DNA of 39,403 nt from Toensbergia leucococca. Lineage: Eukaryota. A program made the translations under genes and the position numbers. The notes beneath the pieces are model-generated. The model worked only from the letters and a program-made list of their open reading frames with translations. It was not told where the DNA came from and did not search any database. Within the stretch, counting starts at the first letter, position 1. Every line of letters starts with the position of its first letter. Of this stretch, positions 12,277 to 22,434 are shown one piece after another. The DNA is taken from the NCBI GenBank assembly GCA_022813965.1, contig JALDZS010000209.1, forward strand, positions 1 to 39,403, written 5' to 3'.

Positions 12277-14549
12277 GAGAGTGGGTATAGATTGCCACAA
12301 TCAGCGAAACTAATCGGACTATTCGGGCTATTTTGGAGCTACTAACCCCCTTTTTGGAGGGATACTCTCATCGAGTACCTAGGTTTTTTATATATAGTTG
12401 TGTGAGTGGGGCATAAGCGCAGCTCTTTCCTGGGTTGGTGGGCTTTTTGTTGGGTTGGGGGGACGTTGCAGAGAGGAAGGGAGAGAGATGAGGGATGGGG
12501 GTGGGTGGTTGGTGAGGAGAGGGATGTTGAGGAGGGGCCACTGAGGCAGGGGGATGAGTGATATGACACGTCGGTGTGCTCATCCACTCAACATTCCTTG
12601 AATTTTGATTATGAGGTATTCAACGCTTTTTTCTGCCGCCGTTCCGCGCCGGCCCCAACTCACCGGTCTCCTGCTCGGCAATTGGTCTGATGTCAGAGAC
12701 CCTGGTCAATCATCTCTCCTGTCTGCATCTTACATCTCGCTCAAGACTCTTCCTCGTGTCGTTTTGGGCCCAGGATGCGAAGGCGTCTCTTTTCGCTACG
12801 GCTTTCGTATCCCGTCCACCTACTGTGTTCCCTCCATCTTTTCAGGCACGCCCCGGTCTTTATTTATCTCTTCCCCGAATTTTATCTATCTAAATTTTCA
12901 GGCATCTTTTCCTACCAATCATCCCAGCTCCTGTGATGCTACAACATCGGCTCGAACAGTATCCGTGCACAAGATGAACAGCACAACCCAAAGCGTGGGT
13001 TCGAACCGTGCTATTGATGAGAGCGGGTAAGAAGGCCCGTGGATGGGAACGCCACGTTTGCAGAGAGAGTTATTGGTAGCGTAGAGTGGTAAGGGGATAA
13101 TAAAAGTACCTGCACAGCGTCTCTGAGTCTCCGTAACAGATACCCCCCTCGTTCCAGGGACATGGGGATGCGTCATGAAATGATCTTCGCTTTATCAATT
13201 AGCTGACAGTTGCACTATTGGGGATCACAGGATCTGAGGCCAAATGAAGGTGTACAGCCTGGCCATTATGCAGCGATGGCCAGAGATCAGCAATTGAGCC
13301 ATTTTGAAGAAGAAGGACAGGTATGGGGCACGAGGGGAAGAAACGTTGAGGTAGTCCTTAATGGTTCGTTTTTTGTAGAGAGTCGAAGAGAACAGTGCCT
13401 GAAAACGACTCTGAAAACGCGTAATTTACCAATCTTGTCCCAATTCTGTTGCGGTTTTTGAGTTCTCAAACTGTGAAACTTCTGATCAAGTAATTTTTGG
13501 GTTCTGCTTGCAAACTTTGGTTATTGAGTACTGGACTTGGGTATATGAATGTCCTTGATCGATTTAGATTTCGTTGCCTTTACCGGCCGTTCTTTGAAAC
13601 GGGCCTCGCTGCCAAGAAAATGCCGGTGCCATCTTTTGATGATGTTTTCATTGCTTCTGAAGAGAGTGAAATCCTTGGGATTTTTGGATGAAGCAGCGGA
13701 TCGGGGGAAGGGCCTCAACACCATGATTTGGATACCGATGGTCGGAGTTGAGTACCTCACCGCGGGTAGAGTATCTCCATGTATTCTCCGAGCCAGCACT
13801 GGGATCTCTATGCACTGACGTAATTGCCAGAGGATTTGACATCCCGTCTTTGTTCTTGGTCCGCGGTGATGAACCGCTTCAGGGGTCTCAAATCGAGTCG
13901 CTATGCCATGTAGCCACGGTCAAAGTGATGGCGAGGAAGATGGTAGCCTTTCATTGCTTGGAAAGCTACTGCGTAATGTTGGAAGAGCGCAAGAGACGGA
14001 ACAGACGGGTTTGAGGACTGGGATATATTCCAGAAAACCACCGTTGGAAGAAAAGAGATTTTTGAGGGGTTCTTGGGTCGTGGATGCAAGAGAGAGAGAA
14101 AACCGAGGGATGGATTCTTGGAGTATCTTGTCAAGGATAATTGCAATGGTGCTTTTATTTTCAGATCAACTTGTGATGGAGAGAACGCCAACTGTGGTTC
14201 GATCAGCACTTTATTGACTTCTGTGACTAGCTCAGAGATTCCGTACGTTTCTCAAGACCTCCTCTCTCCCTGAGTGCCGGTACTGATAGCTGGTATTTAT
14301 AGCAAAGCTCCCGCACTCAGCGAGACTGAACAAGCTCCAATCCCTAATCCTTATTCTGCGTTCTTCTCTACCATCCTCTCATAGAGATATGATCAATGTA
14401 TTCTGTTTTGCGCGCAAAACCAGTCTCTACGAAGCTGTGATGAAAATAGCCGCTTCTCAATAGAGGGTTCCCGTTCAAGTTGCAAAGTTGTTGCCGTTGA
14501 GAGGATAGGTACTCCGTGCACAGCGATTCTTCGTACACGGGAGTCCGCC

Positions 14550-17500
14550 TCAAGCATCAGACCAGGCATCAGACCAGGCATCAGACCATTTCCTCAATGT
14601 CTCAATTGAATCAAGTGTAATTGGATGATTCGGCCCAAGGTTTTTGGTACGTAAAGCAACAACCTTTCTCATCAGCTCAAGAGCTTCGCTGTAACGGCTT
14701 TGGGAGCTGTAGGTACGTGCTAGGTTGTCCATCCTCATCAGCGTGTCTGGATGCTCTGCTTTCAGCACCCTCAGGCTTGTCTCCATCACTTGCACCTGCA
14801 GCTTCTCTGCCTCATCCCACCGCCCTTGACAGCTGTAAGTATGTGCTAGGTTGTTCATACTTATAAGCGTGTCTGGATGCTCTGCTTTCAGCACCCTCAG
14901 GTATGTCTCCATCACTTGCACCTGCAGCTTCTCTGCCTCATCCCACCGCCCTTGATGTACATATGTGGCAGTTAAATTATTCATGCTGGCCAAGGAGGCC
15001 GGATGTTCTAATCCGAATAGTCTCTTTTTTAGCTCAAAAGCAGCTAGATTCCTAGTACAGGCAATGTCATATCGTCCTTGCTTCCTATCAAAGCAAGCCA
15101 CATTTTCTAAAAGATATGATAATGGCTTTGAACACCTTTTGTTCATATCTCCATAGTGAATCACCCTTTGTGCGTGAGGTAAGAGAGTTTCACATGTTGA
15201 CCAAGTTTCAAATTCACCAGTTGGAAAGTTTCGCGCAACTGCTACCAATGCCTGTTCTTGCCACTTTTCTTTTGTGCCCTCCATTTCCAGCCATTTTTGA
15301 GTGGCTAGTTGCACCAGTCGATGCAACTGATAGCCCGCTCCATTATTTTCAACACTGATAAGTGAGAACGCTTGTAAAGTACCTAATGCAGTCATTACAT
15401 CAACATTGATGTCAGCGTCATTTTTAAGAAGACTCTTTGGAATCCCTTGTCGATCTAAGACCGCCATCAGTGATAGCATCTCCGCGGCACGAGGCTTCTG
15501 TTTGCTTATAATATCAAAGGACAACTTCCAGGTTCTGATGACGGAGTTCTGACTTTCCGAATCCCTTCTCCGGTCTCCGACATCTTCATCTAGCAGGCCC
15601 TGTATCTCAGAATCATTGATGCGGAACATATCAAGGTACTCCGTGAGACTAAGATTATTCTGACTCATGAAGGCGGCTGCTTTTGTGATTGCAAGTGGTA
15701 TATATGCAAGCGCATTGAGAAGTGATCTTGAGTCTTCATCATTCCAGCTATCAGGTCGGTCAGATTGATATTGTAATAGTTCCTGTGCCTCCAAAGGGGT
15801 CATGAGTGGTACAATGATAGACGCATGTCTACCCGCCAGTCTTTCGCTCATACGATTATCTCTTGTGGTGATCAGCATTAAACCATGTGATGGTCGAGGT
15901 AAGTAGTCCAAAAAAGGCCTTGTCCACTCATAAGCAATGACACTTGACGCTGGCTTTCCGAAGAATGTATCCAGGTCATCAGCATTGTCCAAGACCATCA
16001 ACCAATCCTCTTGATCATTGAGCCACTCGGAGACCAATAGAAGCGTATCAATTGCAGGGTCATTCCACCCGGGAAGTTCAAGTCTTCTTGCTATATCCTT
16101 GTACGCCTGCTCAAACCGTTGTCTTGTGCTGGCATGGACCCAGATAATATGTATGTGAGGGTAGATTTTCTGAAATCGATAACAGTACTCAATAGCAATC
16201 TGTGATTTTCTGAACAAGTCTTAGCAGTGTCTTCTGTATCTTGCCCCTAGAAGTCGGCCTACCCAACGCCACCCATTCCTGCTAAAAAAACCCGACGATG
16301 AGCTTTGATCTTCTCGTCTAGATTTTGGAAAACCTGGATGCGATCCACAAACATAGTGTCTTTGCTAAATGGTACCAGAAAGAGAGGTTTCACAGTTTTC
16401 GATGAATCTATGGTCCTGAAATAAGCCCTTTTCCCAATTTGAGTAGAGGTTCTTGATTCTAGAAAGCATTTTCTTGTACCATGGCTCGATTGAGATTCAA
16501 GAGTGTGCATGTGAAGTGGGAACAATACCATGCGTAGATTTTACTCCTTTTACCCATCTTCTCAATTCTCCCAAAATTGACTCATATCCATCATCATCTT
16601 TGCCATTGAATTTAGTCATATCCTGAAACATCAGCTTGGTTGTATACGCGGCAAAAGGTATCACTTGCCATGTGATTAGCATGTATTCCATAGCTTGCAT
16701 ATCCAGGAATGATCGCGGAATCCATTTCCACGACCTGAATACAATCAACACAACTCTGAAAGTATGGGTCCATAGTCAGCTTTACTTTGCCAACAACAGG
16801 AAGCGGAAGCTCCTCAAAGAAACAGGTAATGGCTATCTCTGAACCTTCATTCACACGCAATCTCAATAATGCATGAAAATCATCCTGGACTCTGGCAAGT
16901 GTTTCTGATCCGGGTTGAAGAACAGATACAATATCGGAATTTGGGTGCTTGATTACCTGGGCAATAGTCGTTCCAAATTTGGCCCACGCTGCAAGATCCG
17001 CTCCATGATGTGGTGTACCTAAGAACAATATGCCTAAAGTACAAGAGCCGACCTGTCGCAAGTGTTTTTCAGCATTGTTTCTAGATGTCCACAGACAGTC
17101 CTGCGTAACGAGGCCTCCAAGACTGTGTGCGACAAACACAATCTTTCGATCCTCCTATAATATACAGATCAGCAGCACATAAATTGATATGCACATGTAA
17201 CTAATTCTCACAGTGTCTGATTTCTCCCTCAAACGCGTGAGCCCTCCGAGCAGATTCCACGCATGATTGCCCACTCGATTCTGAGAGACTGGACTCCAGA
17301 AACTGACTACGTCCGCATCATATCCGAAGGACACTATCCGACTATTGGGAATATCACAGCTTAGAAGAGAGGCTGGCCAGTGGATTCCTGTCTCCTGGTG
17401 AACCCACGTTTTGGCTGGATTGCCTGTCAGGCCATGTACAAAGACAATGCTGCAAGGAACACAGTAACATTAGAACTTTTCAACTTGCATTTATAGAATT

Positions 17501-17725
17501 CTTTTACTCAATAACAGCCACAGTGCGGTCGGATGGTTCGTAAAGAACCCTCACTCCTAGCTTGAGGTTCGTTTTTGAATTCTGATCAGCAAGTGCTTCT
17601 GTATCGCTCGTGGTCTTTGTCTCTTCAAATTCTGCTGTGCTGTTTGACGCCCCGGCGCAATTTGAGGGACCCAAATCTTCCTCCGCCAGCGCTTCTCTTT
17701 TCTTCGATCTGAGTAATTTTCGCAT
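14550..17725 (-). CDS. NLR-like STAND protein: SesB-like alpha/beta-hydrolase + NB-ARC + TPR repeats; probably 7 exons
   Basis: Hydrolase motifs: DIVFVHGLTG, WPASLL, FGYDA, FVAHSLGG, FLGTPHHG, HANHMDMTKF. NB-ARC motifs: GMGGVGKSQ (Walker A, across an intron), WLMVLDNADD (Walker B), LITTRD, YIPLAI, LHRLVQ. C-terminal 42-aa TPR units (EHPDTL.SMNNLA.TY..QGRWDEAEKL). Introns 17450-17507, 17155-17211, 16735-16785, 16623-16668 (GC-AG), 16459(or 16408)-16528 and 16210-16262. Confidence 0.9.
14554..14588 (-). repeat. 12-bp tandem repeat x3 encoding the C-terminal (WSDA)3
   Basis: gcatcagaccag gcatcagaccag gcatcagacca, immediately before the NLR stop codon. Confidence 0.95.
14704..14955 (-). repeat. 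Two near-identical 126-bp tandem units encoding TPR repeats
   Basis: gcgtgtctggatgctctgctttcagcaccctcagg...gtctccatcacttgcacctgcagcttctctgcctcatcccaccgcccttga occurs twice with a 126-bp period (cttg at 14825 and 14951). Confidence 0.95.
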
Positions 17726-18512
17726 CTTTTTGAGCTGCTAAAGAGGGGGTGTAAAGGCAACCTCTCCTTCCTACGATAATCAGGCAACACCGCTGTTTTC
17801 GATCTTCGCAGATCACATGATGCAATTGCATGGCGAAGACCCCCAAATCTCCCGATAGCACCACACAAAAACAGTACAACAATTATCATGATCGCGCCTC
17901 TCATCACCCTGTTGTCAAGGAGGCTCCTCCTCACCGTGGTTTATTAGGCTACTCTAATACAAGCCCAGCTCTTTGATGATAGGGAGTCTCATTCGTTGGG
18001 CATTGACACTGAAAACACCTCCACATTTATTGATTATGAGCCACTATTCAGAGGGAACTGTTCGGGCTTTATACAGAACATCCATTTCGTCACTTTCAAC
18101 AGCATAAGTGGTCAGAAACTGTAGATTAGTAGATCAAGTGATGGCTACATATTTGAGGAGATCAGAGGCAAGACGCTCGTCAACGCAAAGGCCTGCATTG
18201 CTAAGATAGCTGCCAACATCATTGGTATAGACGAGCTTCGACCAGAGGAGAATGGTATAGCACTATGGCTACCGAATTGCGAGGAGAAAACGCAAAGAAT
18301 CCTCATGCTAATGATTGTAGCACCAGGAACACGACTCTAGGGCACGATTTCGAGCTCCCAAACCACCTCCGAATCGCAAGGAGATAAAGCGACGAATCCA
18401 CATACAAAATTGCATGGATCCGCCACGAATTGCAAGCATGCAAGAGCATCCGATTCGGAATCATGAAAATCGAATTCCTTACCCTCCATAATTAGCCTCA
18501 TCTCCATCTCAA

Positions 18513-19000
18513 ATGCGCAGGCGACGCACGGGCTTCTTTCAATCAAACAACCAGCTACACCGTCACCTCAAGGTATGCCTGACGCCTTATCTCAGGCCAT
18601 TGAGGGCGCTGTCTTTTTCTGTTTTGGTGAGCACATCCTACACCACTGACTATAAGAAGAATCATCAGCTTAAAACGTCAACTCTGTATATGCTGAAAAA
18701 GCTATATAATAAAGTACATCTTCTTATAAGCTGAAGAACTAATCTAAAAACTCTAACACTAAAAATCTACTCTCAGATAAGAAGTAGTAATGACTGTCAT
18801 AACAGACTGATTTTACTGAACTGACATCAGTAAAACTTAACATCACTGATAAATTAAATGAAGACAGACAGCTCTCTAAAAATCATTACTGAAATGTGAC
18901 TAAAAGTCAAAGAACTGAGTCAATAATGATTGCTACTGTGCATCTGAGAGTAATCATAGTAATCACCTGACTGAGTCAATAATCATAGCTGCCGCATGCA
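18513..19000 (+). mobile_element. Mutated repeat/transposon relic: degenerate C2H2-like finger followed by an AT-rich, CpG-depleted tract
   Basis: RRRRTGFFQSNNQLHRHLKVC would read CRRC...F..NN.LH.HL if two CGC codons were TGC. The tract at about 18680-18990 is A-rich, has no visible CpG, is rich in TpG/CpA/TpA and carries many stops. Transposon origin is inferred, not shown. Confidence 0.5.
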
Positions 19001-19737
19001 AGGTAAAGTAATTAGCTACCTGTTGGTACGTAGGAGGGATGTAGTACTCCCTCTCCCTACAGAGGCGGTGAAGTCTACGAGTCTACCTACCGTTGTGGGC
19101 CGGATCATCTAACAATCCGGATCCGGGGGCTCCAAGCCTATCGACTTTTTATCTTGTACATATTCCATAGAGTTCAAAATAATCTCTTTCAAACAAAATT
19201 CCACAAGTTCAAAATACTTTGAAAAATCAGTTTCACAAGGCCATCAAACAGACTCGAGTAGAAAAAGACCCAACTCTGAAAGTCACGAAATTGAAGGAAT
19301 CCATGTCTCTAGGGAGTTAAATTCTCCGAGTAGGTAGATACCTTAGCTACGGGGCTACTTAGGAAGCATTCTCTTAAAAACGGTCTTTATTACTAGGTAC
19401 GTACCTTTACAACCAAGAAATCATCTAGGTAGATCAAAAGTGTCACAATCAAAATGTTTTGCTTTGCCGCGTTCTATAAAGGCCGTGGATAATACATACA
19501 AGTATCGTGGGTATCCCATCTTGTCCTTTCCATAAGTGCCATGCTTTCCCATGCCGTTCAAGTCCCTTCGTGAGTAAGGAATGAAAAAACAAAGTTGAGA
19601 GTTCTAGCCATGTCGCTCTTCAAGAACGGATAACGCCAAAGTATTCCGTCTGCTTTCCGTCACACCTTACGTGGAGAGAACGCCCAATCATGCACTCACC
19701 AGTTTACGCCCCTCCATCCCTTTTTTATCCCTCCAAA

Positions 19738-21710
19738 TCATTCGCCACCATACGTGCTCCCATCGACCTCCTCATCCATATCTTCATCATCTATCCCCAG
19801 CCCAGTTGCTCCCATCAGCCCAGCAACATGTCCCTCGGCGTCTCCGTCCTCGGCTCCATCGCGATCATCGTACATAGTGCTTTCAGCGTCGTAGATGGAG
19901 CCAGGGTCTTCGTTGAGGTAGCTACGGAGACGATTGACGCCTTCGCCGGAAAAGACGCAGAAGACATTTCGTTGGTGCTCGGTGAACTCTAAAATGCACG
20001 AAGGTTAGAGATGATATGTAGGTGATAGGGGCGAGACGGGAAAAGGGAGAGGCCTTGATACCTGGAGGAGCTTCTCGGCAGAACGTGATCAGGTCTTCGC
20101 GGAGGAAGAATGCTTGAACACCTGTCAAACTAAGGTGTGTGAGCTTAGGGCATTGATTGAGAAGCGCGTGGATTCCCTATTCAAGCATGATCAGCTCTAT
20201 CAAAAAAGACTGAGGCCTAAAACAGCATACCTGTAGGGTCAGATGTACACAATAGCTCAAATGCACCCTCTCCAAAAGACTCGGGAAAAGAGGCTTCGTG
20301 CGTGGCTCCAGACTGGCCTTCGCTAAAGCTAAGATGCTCCTATCTGTGATGGATTGACACTTCACTAGGCCTATCCTCCTAAGCTTGGGCAGCGTAGCTA
20401 ATTGCTTGACGCTAACGTCCGTAAGGCGATGACAACATGCTAGATCAATGTACCGGATGCGGTTACACATCTTGACAAGCTGTATTACGGCGGTGTCGGT
20501 GATCTGGGCACAGTGACCTAAATGAATATAGTGCAAATTCTTTCCTAGCTTCGTGATAGCGAGAACAGACCGATCCGTGATTTCTTTACATTTCGCGAGG
20601 ACTAAGTTGCGTAGGCGAGGGGAAGATTCGATGATCTTCTCGATAGCATCATCATGTAGTTGGTGACAGGCAGTAAGATCCAAAATCCGGAGGCTTTCGT
20701 AAGATAGATGGTCAGGTAGCTCGAGGAATGCATTGTCGGTGATCCTATGGCAATGAGCAAGACGAAGCTCCCGTAGGTGACATCCCCGGAATATGAGAGC
20801 CGTTATTGACGCATTAGTGATTTCCCTGCACTTGTGGAGATCGATCTCCAACATTGACGGGCAATTGTAGGCAAACGCTGATATCGATTCGTCGGTGATC
20901 AAGGAGCAATTGTTGAGCTTAAGCTATGGGTCTATTAATTGGCTGAACCAAATAAAGCAGATATTCACTTACCCTCTTGATATATCTGCAATTCTCGGCT
21001 ACAGCCACCAGGGACTCGTCCGTCACTTTAGAACAATCCGTGATGTTCAATCCTTGAAGCCGTATACAATTCGCTGCTACAGTAAATAGAGTATGGTCTG
21101 TGATCGAGTCTAGCCCTGTTATATCAAGTGCCAGAAGACATATGTTACCCATGACCAAAGCCATCACTCCATGATCTGTCAGCTTGACACATCCTGTCAA
21201 AGTGAGTCTCTCTATTCTCTTGCATTGTACAAATGGTTGGACTGTTCCGTCACTGATTTGATCGCTTAGATTCGAGAGATTCAGTCTCTTGACGAGGTCG
21301 AAATATGGGAAATATCCGTCAGGCTTGCGCACCGAAGCAACAACGTTTAGAAGATTCTTCCATGTATTACACAAAGGCCTATGCCATAACAGATCCACGC
21401 TATTTCTTGACCATGTCTTTGATACCAGCATGCAATTTTTCAAGTCGAGGGTCGAGCTTAACTTGGTGAAGACGGTGATAAGGAGTTCAGGAGGTAGGCG
21501 GCTGATAGGAGATATCCGATGCTCACGTTCAAGAGCAGGCGACATGGTCATATCTCGAAAAGAGGCAACACCGATCGATGATTGCGAGTCATTGCGTTGT
21601 GCTGTAAAGAAGTCGGTGTCATCGTAGACGGCTCTCTCCGGCGAGCTTGAAGCTGAAGATACTGATGCCGATTCACTGATAACCACATCTGAGGGTCGTC
21701 GACGTGCCAT
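19738..21710 (-). CDS. GRR1: SCF ubiquitin ligase F-box/LRR protein Grr1; 4 exons
   Basis: F-box ISRLPPELL...CMLVSKTW...LLWHRP; cysteine-containing LRRs (RIERLTLTGC, LHYIHLGHC, IRYIDLACC, LERVHLSYC); C-terminal EFTEHQRNVFCVFSG and an acidic tail ending at TGA 19738-19740. Confidence 0.95.
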
Positions 21711-22434
21711 GGTGTTGTATATGCTGGCTAGACAGCCTTTAGTGTGAGGGATGCTGTCAGGGTTGACCAGCCGTGATGAACAGCAAGGTCGGAACTAAAT
21801 CGAAATGGCTATTCTGGGTGTTTACTCTTCGCAATCAAAGTTTCACCTGGAAGCTGCAAAGAGGCGGAATGTTTGCCTGGGAATCCGAAGGTCCGAAAGT
21901 CGGCTGCTGTGGGAAAACAGAGCAAGAGAGGGCCGTTGCAAGAAAACCAGTGTAAAAGCTGAGGACGCCTAGCCTTCAGTTCCGTTGAAAGCTTCGTGTG
22001 ATAGTACCAGTATCAAAAGCCCCAGACTTTCTTTCCAGATAGCCGACTGTTGACGAAAAGGCTTGGAAACTGATTTGTCAGGGTCGTCATAAGCGCTGGA
22101 GTGGTGGAAAGGTGAGGTTTCAGGAGCTGTATTGGTGTATTTAGATTCGTAAGCGCCGGGGGGATGAGACAGTTATACAAGCGTAAGAGTGATATTCGTC
22201 GTGATGTGTTGTCGAAGGTTGATGGTGTTGTTAGTCAATTTAGGGTCTTTCGTGTGCAACGAGGGGGCTTTCTCGGGTGGGTTGGCTCGGCCTTTGGCCA
22301 AGTCACCTCTCAACTCAGGCAAATGCATTGCGATTGAAACCCAACCCTCTACATACATAGCTACACTTTCAAGATTTGTACAAGCACACGGACAGATACA
22401 GTGTATCGGAGAAGATTCCTCAGTCGTACATGCC

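Noticed and set aside
14704..14955. CRISPR-like or non-coding repeat array
   Set aside because: The units are contiguous and in frame, have no spacers, encode TPRs, and lie in eukaryotic DNA.
16259..17725. Amyloid signalling motif (HET-s, sigma or PP type) associated with the NLR/SesB domain
   Set aside because: No N/Q/G-rich pseudo-repeat was seen at the N-terminus, in the linker or in an adjacent effector gene.
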